In this document: in pieces, positions 48,155-59,809 of the stretch | Layout: each line of letters opens with the position of its first letter | Position numbering within the stretch: the first letter of the stretch is position 1 | From: Diplonema japonicum | Taxonomy: Eukaryota; Protista; Euglenozoa: Diplonemea | Assembly: GCA_964019335.1 (NCBI GenBank) | Contig: OZ025726.1 | Coordinates: 248,001 to 312,000 of the forward strand | DNA: 64,000 bases | Reading direction: 5' to 3' | The notes under the pieces: generated by a model | Database searches by the model: none | Seen by the model: only the letters and a program-made list of their open reading frames with translations | Told to the model about the DNA's origin: nothing | Translations under genes and position numbers: made by a program

Positions 48155-50380
48155 TCAAACCTTGACACCGCAGATCTCCCTTATGCCGATGATGTCGTTG
48201 TCGTCGATGTAGAGCATCACCGCGTGCTTCGTGCGGAGCGCAGACACAGGGAGGTCCAGCCCGGATGCTGTCTTAAGCAGGGCGATGCATCCTCCAGGGG
48301 TTAGCGCCTTCCATTCGGGTTTGGACTGGCTGGTGATCGCCTCAACGGGCATGGATTTATCTGTTTTTGTGAGGATTTGCACGGTGTCGGCCGTTGCAGA
48401 CAACGACAGAACCCTGGAGGCAACGTAAGGGTGGATGAGGGGAACGGCCTCTTGCGCGATTCTGCAGGTTAGGTTAGGCTCGCCTGCACTCTTCGTTGCA
48501 TCTTGAGAATCGATACGACGGTCGCGGACAAGAAAGCGAAGCCCACAGTTCACAATACGAAGCTGCTTCTTCGAAGCGAGCCCGTGGCGAATGGTCTCAG
48601 AGACACCCTTTGAACAGAACAGAATTTGGTTGGGAACCCCTTCATGGGGCTGAACAAGCTCACCCGTGCTCTTCTGCTCCAAATGGTACCTGCATATTAA
48701 TTGATGAACTGGGAAATCCTTGTCAAGAGTGAAGAACTCGCGGAGGCGTGACACAACTGCTGGAAGGGCGTCTATCAGTGAGATGTAACGGGCGATTTCA
48801 CGCTGGAGGGTCCCGTTGTTGCATGTTCTTGTTAGTTTTGCGGCCGCCTTTGCTTTTTCAATGTCGTTGGGAGCTGTTTCTACAGCTGCTTGGAGTTTTT
48901 TCAACTGTGCTTCACGTTCTAAGCTTTCTCTGTCTTCCTCTGTTTCACTGTCGTATGCGAGGACTTCGTCGTCCGGGCATATTTTGTCCGTTTTGCCGAT
49001 CTCCGCTACCTTTTCAAACACCGCCACGAAGAACCCACCAAAGTCCCCCATGTGAGGGAACAACCGGAGGCATTTTGTCATTTCCTCCTTCAAACCCTCG
49101 TCTTCTGGTGGGAAGTGGTACTCCCTCACCATTTTCGACCCCGCTTCCTTTGCCTCGGAGTGCGTTTTGAACATCGTGTATTTCTTAGGGCACATCACCT
49201 TCCATGTTTTCATCCCCGGTGCGGAGTTGATATTTGTCAGCTTTCTCGCGTCGGCCAGTCGAAGCCCACCGTTCGTCTTCCGCAGAATGTGACACACAGC
49301 AGCTTCATTCTCAATTGGCGACAGACTGCACGTGCTGTACACGAATTTCCCGCCGATTTGAAGCAATTTTGCAGCTCGGAGCGCAACTAAAACCTGGTCC
49401 TTGTGGAGCTGGATGGAATTCTTCGGATGCCACTCACGCCACATATGTGGCGCCTTTCGAAAGGTACCGTCCCCGCTGCACATGACGTCGGCAAGGATTC
49501 TGGTGAAAGGGATACGGCTCGACGGATGCGAACCCTCGTCGCTGTTCATAACGGAAGGGTAGTACCTGCTGTCGTGCGAGGTGAACAAGGCCAAAGGATA
49601 TAATGTGGAGAGCCGCTTAATCTGATGGACGAGGATGTTGACCCTGTCCGTTGACATGTCGTTCGCGACGACAAGACCCTCGTCTGCTGAGTAGTCAATA
49701 CGGCCTGTGAACACAGACTGGACGGACTCTTGCAAAGATGAACTGCCTTTTCCATTTTGCGCCAGGTTCGCAACAGCTAGCGACGAGAGCATTTGTGCGG
49801 TTTTTGAACCCGGTGCCGCGCACATATCCAAACACCTTGAACCAGATGTAATGTCAAGCAGATGAACAGGTACCATGCTGGCCTCTTCTTGTCTATTGAT
49901 AACACCGCGTTCAGTGTGGAGGATAAGAAATTTATGGAGGGGTGCGAAGGTGGGATCCTTGCGGAGTAGAACGCGGGGTGCATCGATGAACCATCCCATG
50001 TCGTTGGGGATCCATGGGATCGGTTTCACCACGATGCCTTTTTCCTGGTCTTCTTCCGCTTTTCTTCTGTAGCTGTGGAGGGTTTCCTTGACAAACCCTG
50101 CTTGGCTGTCTGTAGGGGTGATCCAAAAGGTGGTCGGTAAGGGTTTCGCCATCATTTCCACGAATTTTTCGTACTCTTCTTCTGTCATGTAACCTGATTC
50201 GACGAAGTTGGCTTTGTAGAAGGATGTGAAGGCCTTGTTCGGTCTCGCCTTGTCCCTTACATCCGTGCGCTTTCTTTCTGGACGTGGGGTCTCGTCCCCG
50301 TCACCCTCGCCCTCCCCCTTCACAGGGAGGTTCTTGTTCGCACTTCCGTCTGTTTTTTGCTTTTTGTTTCTTCGCGGCAT
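48155..50380 (-). CDS. NSUN2: tRNA (cytosine-C5) methyltransferase NSUN2/Trm4 (741 aa)
   Basis: INRQEEASMVP, LDMCAAPGSKTAQ, ILADVMCSGDGT, VYSTCSLSPIENEA, GGFFVAV. Confidence 0.95.
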   Translation of the reverse strand: MPRRNKKQKTDGSANKNLPVKGEGEGDGDETPRPERKRTDVRDKARPNKAFTSFYKANFVESGYMTEEEYEKFVEMMAKPLPTTFWITPTDSQAGFVKETLHSYRRKAEEDQEKGIVVKPIPWIPNDMGWFIDAPRVLLRKDPTFAPLHKFLILHTERGVINRQEEASMVPVHLLDITSGSRCLDMCAAPGSKTAQMLSSLAVANLAQNGKGSSSLQESVQSVFTGRIDYSADEGLVVANDMSTDRVNILVHQIKRLSTLYPLALFTSHDSRYYPSVMNSDEGSHPSSRIPFTRILADVMCSGDGTFRKAPHMWREWHPKNSIQLHKDQVLVALRAAKLLQIGGKFVYSTCSLSPIENEAAVCHILRKTNGGLRLADARKLTNINSAPGMKTWKVMCPKKYTMFKTHSEAKEAGSKMVREYHFPPEDEGLKEEMTKCLRLFPHMGDFGGFFVAVFEKVAEIGKTDKICPDDEVLAYDSETEEDRESLEREAQLKKLQAAVETAPNDIEKAKAAAKLTRTCNNGTLQREIARYISLIDALPAVVSRLREFFTLDKDFPVHQLICRYHLEQKSTGELVQPHEGVPNQILFCSKGVSETIRHGLASKKQLRIVNCGLRFLVRDRRIDSQDATKSAGEPNLTCRIAQEAVPLIHPYVASRVLSLSATADTVQILTKTDKSMPVEAITSQSKPEWKALTPGGCIALLKTASGLDLPVSALRTKHAVMLYIDDNDIIGIREICGVKV

Positions 50381-51107
50381 TATGTGTTTCTTTTTTTCTT
50401 TTTTCTATTTTCTTTTTTTTTTTTTGTTCCCGATCGATGAAAAATTAAGAGATGAATAAGGGAAAAAAAAGGGGGGGGGTGAGGAGGGTATTTTTTTTGA
50501 AAATAATGTAGAAAGGGGTGGAGGAGGATGAGGGAGGAGGGAAAGGAGTTTTTTTTTTTTGTTTCTCCTCTCATATATTTTTTTTTTGTATAGCACGAGC
50601 AATTAAACATCAATTTAAAAAAAAAAAATATTAAAGTCCAGTTTAAAGAAGCAAAAGGGAGTATAAAGTGTATGACGGGAACAGGGAAAAAAAAAAGAAA
50701 AAAAAAGGATAGAGCAGCGGGATACCGAATACGTAATACACGGTTTTTGCTTCTACCCTTTTTTTTGTTTTTTTTGTTTTTGTTTTTATATCACTCATTC
50801 CCAGAAGGGGAGAGGGCACACCCAATTGGACACAGGGAAAAAAAATTGTGTTGGGAGGGAAACAGCGAAGAAAATGGACGGGGGGGGTTTGGAGAATAAA
50901 GGGAAAAAAAAGTGGGGGGGGAAAGGATGAAGAAAGGATTTAAAGAAAGAAGAAAAAAAAAACAGGGGATACTGGTCCACTGTTTGTTTATTTTTTTTTT
51001 ATTCTTTTTTTCTTCCCCCCTTTCTTCCCTTTTTTTTTTCCCGTTTTTCTTCCCCCATTCCGCTCTTCAAAAAAAAAAAGGAAAATCACAACATTCACAC
51101 ATCAAAA

Positions 51108-51139
<32 letters not shown>

Positions 51140-51411
51140 AAAAAAGAACCATGGACGGACAGATGAAATCAAGACGAAACAGGTACCGGCGAGATAGTGG
51201 AAGTAGACTTCACAGCGAGCATCTCATTCCTATCCCGGAAAACTGGCCTTCAAAAACAAAGAGATAATAAAAATCGAGCCCTCTGTCTGTTTTGTTAATC
51301 TGTATTTTCTTTTTTCTTTTTTTCTTTTTTTTTCTTTTTTTTCTCTCTTCTTTTTCTTGTCCTTACTTCCAAAGGTGAATTGTGCATTTTCAACCAAAGG
51401 ATTATGAGGAC

Positions 51412-51447
<36 letters not shown>

Positions 51448-52079
51448 TCTTCTTTTTTTTCTTTTTTTTTTCTTATTGTTCCCTTTCATTTTTTTGTTTT
51501 CTTCTTTTTCTTCTTTTTTTTTTTTTTCCTCGTCCCCACGGCCGCCCTCGCCCTCATTTTCCCGCCCTCTTCTTTGACAGCAGTTCAAAGAAGAGAAAAA
51601 AAAAGGGGGGGGGAAATAATAAAATCATTGGAGAGAGATAGGACGTGGACAAAAAGAAGAAAAAAAAAAATAGAGAAAAAAACAGGGGTAGAGAATGGGA
51701 TTTGCGGAGGACAGAAAAAAAAAAAAGAAGAAGAAAAAAAGGGAAAAAATAAACATGGTAAAATAAACGACCGGATGTCTTTGGTTTCTTTTTTTCTTTT
51801 TCTTATTATTATTTCCATTCTTTTTTTACATTGGGTATGAGGACACCACGAAATAATCCAGATTGTTTCAGCCAGGAATTTCGTCTGTTATTCTTTTATT
51901 TATTTTTTTTTTATTTTATTTTTTTTTCAGTCTTTCACTTTTTCTTTAAGACTTGTTTCAGCGTGTGTTTTAAAAAAAAAAAAAAATTCCCTCCTAAAGG
52001 GATTCAGAATAGGGGAAGAAAAAAAAAATTGTATCAAAAAGCTAATTTTAATACAATAAAGGGAGGAGGTAGAGAAGGG

Positions 52080-52117
<38 letters not shown>

Positions 52118-52124
52118 ACTTCAC

Positions 52125-55100
52125 TTACGAGGCTTCGACAACCAGGGTGTCATCTGTAGTGTGTTTTTATAAAAAAAATTTTTTTTTTTTGTTTTCCCCC
52201 TCCTAGCATACCATCAGCCTCAGCCATCGGTTTTAACTCAACTTCGATTTCCTCTTCCCTACATGGAGGGGAAGGCGCGCTGTGTTCGTCTCCGTAATTA
52301 ATCTCACCAGCGTCTCTCTCGTTCATTCTAGCTTTTAACGCAGCCGATTCCTTCTGAACCACATGAAAGCCTTTGAAAGCCTCCCTATCAACCAAGGCAT
52401 AGGCCACCCCCCACACCTCCATCAGCGCAAAGAAAGGCTGCATTACAAGCTGAAGCCACAACAAAACCAAATACTTCATAGCCCCAAGCTTCCTAACGGA
52501 GAATGTGAATAAAAACCCGACAACATAAGCCCAGCACCAATAAGCTGACACAAGAGCAAGCACAACCCTGAACCCCATGGAGGTGTCTGTCTTGACCATC
52601 AACACAAGCAATGCCGCAGGGAGCATCAAAGGAGCCCAACCCCACTGAATTTCAAGAAGGAAAAGCCCTACTCGGTACTTCAAAGGAATCAAAGGCGCTT
52701 TTGCGACAAGCCACAACCCGGCAAACCATCTCTTCCTCTGCTTTGCGAAATCGAGAATTGAAAACGGAGACTGTTCGTACATAAAAGCGTCAATGTATGA
52801 GAAGGTGACACCTAACGAACGTGCGACGAGAGCGAAATAAGCATCTTCTGTAACAGAGCCTGCCATGCCGTGGTCGAATGTTGTGTCTTTTTCAACTTTT
52901 TGCGATGCGACAACGAATGACCCGTGCATCCCGATGAGCGGCTCGTGCAGTTCGAACTGGATTCTGAATTTTCCGAAATCGTCCGCCACACGGATGCTGT
53001 CGGCCAGCGTCGTGACCCAGTTCTCTATCTCGTCGTTGACGCCGTACAGAATGATGCCCTGCCCGATCCTCCCGTACTTTCTGATTTTGTCGTCCACCGC
53101 CTTCTGCTCCATGGCGCAGTGGTAGTACACGTGTTGAACTGTTTCGACATCGAACCGGGTCTCCTCGTCTTGGTGAACAATCCAGTCATCAGGGGTGCAG
53201 CTGCTGTTGTGGATCGCGTACTCCAACGCGCGTGCTTTGAACTTCGCGCCTGACGGACATTTGTACTCGTGCGGCACGATGATCTCTGTGACGGGTGTTG
53301 TCGTGCGTGACTGCAGTTGCATGTCGTTGTCGGTTACTACTTCCAACTGTGTGTGTTTTTGAAAAATATAATTTTGAAATATTGAATAATACCTCGTATT
53401 TTTCAGCGGGCAGACATGCTTCCAGTACCCTTGCTGCCGTCTCTACATTCTCCAGTACGAGCAATGGGTGTTTTCCGCGTGTTACGATTCTGAAGTGGAG
53501 CTTGTGTGAGAAGCTCGGGACGCTTCCGCTTCCGTCGGAGCCGAGCATGGCCTCAAGCGATGGGATTTTCTTGCGTTTGCATGGCGGGAACAGAACCTGC
53601 CCCGCAAGGCCGATGACAGCTACAGGAGTCGATGTTAAGGCCATCCACTTGATGACGGTAATGACGGTGCCGAGGGTCTCCCCCTCCATGCTGAACACGT
53701 ACGAATCGCCCTCCCATCTTAGAATGGTCGAGGTGCCGAAGACAGCCAGTGCAGTGAACATGACGAAGATGGACGCCATGGCACAGTAGTAGCCGATGAT
53801 CTTGACGAACTCAGGCGCGGCGGGGGTCTTCTCTATGAAGTTCGGGATCAACGGGTACACGGCCCTCCATGACTTCAGCAAGTACACGCGAGCAGGCTCC
53901 TCGAAGAACTCGTACACTACAAAGGCAGCTGCGAGCAGCATGAACAGGAACGCATCGCACGCCCAGTTCTGCAACGGGTAAGGAACGTTCAGGTACCTTT
54001 GGAACGTGTTGTGCAGAGGAGCCTGCAGCAGGTACAGCGTGAAGGAGTACTTCCCAAGGAACACGAAAGGTCCCCAGCTCAATGCACGGGACATGAAATC
54101 GTGCCCCCGTCCACCATACCACAACAGCACTCCGAACAACGGCTGGAACATCCCAAACCTCGCCCACTCATGCCAGAACGGTGTTTTCCCATGCTCGTCA
54201 CTGAGGTCCAAGGTGCAGAAAACCGCCACAATCACCAACAAAGCACCCGGCACGGCAACTACATCCCTCATGGTGGGCGATGCATTGGCGCCTTCCTTGT
54301 GACTTTCCAAAAAGTTCAACCCAAGCACCAGACCAGACATGAAGGAGGGAAGGTGTGCCGACAAGAAAACATGGTTGAGTGGCGCGAACACGCCCGTCCA
54401 GTTCTCATTGAGTGCATCCAGCGCAGCCATTGCGGACAAGACGTAAAGGAGCGGAAGCAACACATTAGACCTCTTCTGCACGGAGACGGTAAGCACAATA
54501 TCCCGCAGCGAAGGGTACATGGAGTAGAGCAGGAGGAAGGGGCCGACAGCCCACCCCGGTGTGTTGATGTAATTGACAGCAGGCCCCGTCCACTTCTGCA
54601 CAGCAGCGAAGATGAAGAAGGTATCAGTGGCGTTGAAGGCATCGCTCGGCATAACCAGCACACCCAGAAGGCAGGTCGCCACGTACAACGGGTACAGTCT
54701 CACTGCCCTCTTGAACCAGAAGTCTGTCTGATCGATGGTCCTGTCGCCGTACTGGTATGAAAGCACAAACCCGGACAACATGAAGAAGAAGGTGAGCTGC
54801 GTGGCACCCCAGCTGGCGAAGATGTCCCACACATGGTTGCGCGACCCGTGGAAATGGTACAGCACGATGTGCACAGCAGCAAAGAAACGCAGCGAATCCA
54901 AGGGAAGCATCGTGGACTTGCTGTTCTGGCTGAGTGAGGGTTTCGGTTTGGCAGGCGTCCGGTTAGCGTTGCCCAGCACCCACACGAAGTACAGTTCTGT
55001 CGCGGCGGTCAGCACACCAGCTGCGATCATTGTCCAGAACCAGACACCCGAAGTAGCATTGCTGCCCTCCTGCACATCGAGGTCGAACCAGCACATCTCG

Positions 55101-58100
55101 CCGGTGGAGTTGGCAATCCTGATGCGCGCCTTTGCGAACAACAAAGCGATTGCAGCAAGGAAAACAGGCCTTGAGAGAGTGAACACCTGACGCTTCGTGA
55201 TCAGGCTCGTGCTGGACGCCCAGTAGCAGATGGCCAGCAAGCCCAACCTCACTGCGTGGTAGACCCAAGCGTCGGTGACCAGCCTTCCCATCTCGCGGAT
55301 GTCTGCTCTGAAAGAGCCGAACTTCCCCGACACAGAGCCCCCCTCAGTCAACAGCACAGCGTGGATTATGATGTCAATCACGACTATCAACTTGAGGACA
55401 AGGGCGGTCCTGCCGGAGTTGTCCTCACGCACTTCCTGCACCTCGTTCCCCAAGTTGGTGTAGTTCGTCTCCAACACGTCCTCGCCGTTCATGGACGCCT
55501 GCATGGTGTACAGGGTGCTTTCCTTCCCTTCGCGGGACTTCGTCGTCTTGTAGCACGCACCCATCAGCGCGATGGCCGCAAGACCACCCCACAGAACGAT
55601 GGCGTACCCTGTTTGGCTCTCCGAGTCGCTTTGCTTGGCGTACTCCTCTGTGCTCTTCGTGCACTGCTCGTCGTCGACGACTATGGTGAGGACAGCGTAG
55701 CTTGACATCGTGATGGTTTGCTTGCCCAGCACCACCTCGGGCACCTTGTCCCCGTTGTTCAAAGAGGTAACCTGGATAACCTTGGCACCGCTCCTGGAGG
55801 GCACGATGTTGAGCTCTACCTCAGTTGCGCTGTCCTTGATGTTAGCCACACCGATGACCATCCTGCAGTCATCAGTGATGCCGCCTACGATGACGTCTTC
55901 TGTCCTGCCAGGAACGTTCGATGGCCACGGCCTCGCTATGGCTTTGGCAACACCAGCAGGCCAGTATGAGAGGAACGTCTCAAGGACCTTGTACATCTCA
56001 GAAGGGTTGCCTGCACGGTCGTAAAGTCCAAGACAGCCTTCGCTCCACGTGATATCCTTTGCCATCCAGTACAGAGCGTCGGTGACACCGTTGTTGATCA
56101 TGAGCAGCAGATTGGCATAGGCACGCGCAGCCCATAGAGGCGATGTGGCTATGTTGTTCTCCTTCTTTGTGTTGTTCGAAGATTTCTGTTCCACGTAGCA
56201 CTCTGCAGCAGTACTGTCGAAGTAGTGCCCGCCGAGGGGCATTGTGACAAGGTTCAACCCTGACCACTCGGTGATGACGAGGGGCTTCTGCGAACCGCCA
56301 CCTATCTTAACCTCGTGGTGCCAGTTGAGGAACGCCTCATCCAGATAAGAGGGACCCCTGCCCTTTTTGTTATAAACATCGTCCCAAGGATGCATGGAGA
56401 AGGCTTCGATCATGTTCATCGCTTCTGTGTCCTCAAGCAACGTCTGCATGTAACACTTGTCAAGGAAGGTGTTGGTGACGGGGTCCACGCACAGCACCGA
56501 CGATCCGAAGTCAGAAACACCGGGCCCAATGAACTTGAGGGTGACGCCTCGCTCGCGGAGGGCGAGCCCGGTGGCTTTCAGTAGTGTGACGTACTGCTGT
56601 GGCGACACATATGTGTCCCAGACGCCGTTGGGTTCGTTGGACAGCTCCAAGTAGTCGATGGTGATGCCAAGCTTGTTCTCCACAAACCACACGGACTCCG
56701 CCAGCAGTTCTGCCCAGTCCTGCAGCCTCTCGTCTTTCAACATGTGCGAAACAAACGAGTTGTTCCACGTGGAGTCGATGGTGTACGTGGTGGGCGCACC
56801 GAACATGGTCACCAACACCTTGGCACCCCTTTCTTGCAACATGTTGCCGTATTCCCTCATGTCGCACTCACGCCCTTTGTACAAGTCGGCGACAAAGGTC
56901 TTCAGCTTCTCCCTGCCATGGTCGGAATGCAGTTCAATAGGCGCCTCGCCTGTCGGTTTCAACAAAGCGTTGCCCCATCGCACCATGCGCAGGCCGTTGG
57001 CGCCAGGCATTTTGTCGTACACAGTGGTCTCGTCGGAGGCTGCCCAGGCGTTGAGCCCGAAGTAGAAGTCGTTGGTTGTGCTCTTCTGGTCGATGGCGAA
57101 GGAGTAAGGGACAGGGCGGCGGCACACAGACGCAGTGTAAGGGTAGGCAATGCTGGTTGCGTAGGGGTTATTGTTGAAGTACGAGACAGGCGTGGCACCT
57201 TCATACGACAGATAGCAGCCCTTAGGCGAGACGGTCGCTATGGCGGGCGGGGGCTTCTGTACGGCACTCGAAAACTTCAGCTGCGTCAACGCGTACTGGC
57301 ACTCCTCGTACGTCCCCACATCTATCATGTCAAGCTCCAAGCATGTCTGGTTAAGCTCTGTGCGTTGGTATCCAGGCTGTTCCTTGATCATGGCGCAGAG
57401 TGGGACGTCGAAGGCCCCTGGGTACCCTCCTTGCAGCGCGTTGAAGTAAAGCCCCTTTTGACGAGCCCCCACGGTGGTCTCCAACACGAAGCACCCGCCT
57501 GGACGGTAGAAAGCCTCGTCTTTGGAAACAAGCCATGCCTCGCTGTAACGGAAGCCGAGGGCGGTCGCTGCGGCAAGACAGTCCTCACTGGTGGCAATGT
57601 TTTTATAACCGGTGACAGACAGACAAGATGTGGCTGCCGTGCTTTGAAGGAAATCGGTGTCGAGCCTCGGTCTGCCGGTGTATTCACAAATAGGCGCAGA
57701 GTGGATGTGCATCGAGGTGGACGCCAAGTAGTTGTTGAAGAAGAGGCCTTCAGACCCTTGCCAGATATCATAATAACACCCAGGAGGTTTCGAAAAAACG
57801 TCAGATTCGGCAGTAGAACGGATCGAGGAGTTCATCCCGATCGTCATGGCCGCACGGACGCAGTCATCCGAAGTTTGTATCACACCGTTGCCCCACCCGA
57901 TGCACGACTGCTGTCCGCCGATTTTAATGTACCCGGTCCTGTCAGGGGTGGGTGCCGCATATGTCTCCTCAGAAGTCCTCGCACAGATAGGTGACGAACC
58001 GATGAACGAAGAACTCGAGAGGACAACGGTGTTGTAGTACAGGCCTCCTAAGATGAGGTCCAGGTAGCACCCTGCGGGGTACTCGTAGCTTGAGATGACA

Positions 58101-58552
58101 TTCAGAGGGGAGGTGATGTCAAGGTCGGTAGCTGCAGCCTGACAGGACTCTGCAGAAAGGACAGTGATCTCACCGTGGAAGATGCAGGTGCTTGATCCGT
58201 TCAAACGCAGGTGGGAATCCGTTTCCATTTTCCCGAGTGCCTTGCAGAGGGGTTGTGAGTAAGCAACCAAGGCGGGGCTCAGAACATAGCTATTGAATTT
58301 CAATAGATACGACCCGTCCAGTGTGTACTCCCAGAAGCAGCCTCCGATCGATATCTGACGCTGCTCTACAGGTACTTCCACCACAGACTGCAGAGAGGCC
58401 CCTGCGGCGAGTGCGCACTCGGACTTGTCCTGAATGAGCAAGTTGCCCCCCATGAAACATGAGGTCCCCATCCAGCCCTCTGTATACCCAGAGGTAGCTC
58501 CTTCTGTTATCGCTACGCTCACTACCGAGAGCAGCCATATTTTCCGGATCAT
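52125..58552 (-). CDS. ~2107-aa fusion: signal peptide, 5 Cys-rich repeats, clan GH-A glycoside hydrolase, TM segments, acyltransferase-3, egghead-like GT2 glycosyltransferase. Exons 58552-53393, 53346-52212, 52153-52125
   Basis: MIRKIWLLSVVSVAITEG; LELSNEPNG and LVITEWS; LDSLRFFAAVHIVLYH, FFFMLSGFVL, LGKYSFTLYLLQ; FRIVTRG, then across phase-0 intron 53347-53392 LEVVTD, KFKARALEYA, WIVHQDEET, HGSF, EDAYF, QRKRW. Last intron 52154-52211. Confidence 0.88.
57120..58490 (-). repeat. Five tandem ~85-90-aa protein repeats with 4 Cys each
   Basis: Pattern (G)Y...(S/T)C...I.+..EC..AA..L...P.GC(Y/F).....(Y/F)N......P(I/L)C, repeated five times. Confidence 0.85.
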
Positions 58553-58646
58553 GTTTTTGTATTTTTTTTTGTTTTGTTTTTTTTTTTTTTGTATGGGTTT
58601 TAACCTGTTAGAAGAGTAAGGGTGTAAACAGTAAAGAAAGAGAAAG

Positions 58647-58689
<43 letters not shown>

Positions 58690-58962
58690 GGGGGGGGGGG
58701 GTGCAAAGAGAGGAAGTGGGGGGGGAAAAAAGAAAAAAAACCAGAGAGAGAAAATATAAAAAAATATTGCCAAATCCCAGGTGTCGTACCCCCCACCCCA
58801 CCTCTTTTTTTTCAACCCCTCTCGAGGCAGTAGTAATAAAAAAAGCTTGGATGTTGTAGGAGGGAAGATGGAGAGCATTGACCTGGTTTATATTTTGCCT
58901 GCATGCTGTGGTGGCAAGAGCGGAGGAGAGAGAACTAAAAAGGTGCGGCCATAGCATACAGC

Positions 58963-58995
<33 letters not shown>

Positions 58996-59306
58996 CCACT
59001 CTCTTTTTGCTCTCTTTTTTTTCCCCCCGTAGGAAAGGGTTTTTTTTTTTTAATATGAAGAAAGAAGAAGTTTGCAAACTTGCGAAATCATCACAAAAAT
59101 ATAATGTTTTTTATTTTTTTTATTTTTTTTTTGTTTTCCTTTTTTTTTTGAATCCTTTTTGAAGTTTCTCTTTCTTGTCTATTTGTTTATTTTTATTTTA
59201 TTTTTCTTCAGAATTCTTTCTTCTTTCTTTCCATAATTTCGAAACAAATGACAAAAAAAAAGGGGGCTTTAATTGCAACACTAAAGTGGCGTTAAGCGTG
59301 CAACGA

Positions 59307-59351
<45 letters not shown>

Positions 59352-59809
59352 CAAAGGCCACTAATGTATGAGGGGGAGAGGAAAAAAAAAGAAGAAGAAA
59401 AAAAAAGGATGTTAGAAAAAGAGAAAAAAATATATATGAGTAAAGGAGGCCGGTGTTGGCGGCGCCTGCACAAGAACTGTCTACTTGATTACAGGGGGCG
59501 CACCGCGGCCGAGTTGTAGCTTCTTCTGCGTTCCGCGTCGTGTCCTTAATGCGTGCGGTGTACAGCTCAACCCCAGCCGGTGCGTCCCGGGTAACCAAGA
59601 TTCTGCGCTCGTGCAGTTTGCTGCCTGTTCGTCACCCTGAGCATCTGCATTATGTTCTTCCACTCGGGCGCTACCGGTGATGACCGACGAGGAGGTCAAC
59701 AGCGAACAACACATCTGATCTTTTTCTTATATTTCCATGTTATCCCCACCACCTGAAAAAAAAAAAAAGGAAATTATAAAATCTTTCCCCCCACCCCCAC
59801 CTAAATTTT

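Noticed and set aside
53189-59077. 1962-aa ORF as called, with its start at 59077
   Set aside because: The first 175 codons are translated homopolymer and UTR sequence. The real start is probably ATG 58552 (signal peptide), and the ORF end runs through an intron.
59481-59752. Small gene or C/D snoRNA (GTGATGA 59677 ... CTGA 59715)
   Set aside because: The boxes span only ~42 nt on the non-coding strand, and the 77-aa ORF has no motif. The island may be transcribed, but I cannot support a call.
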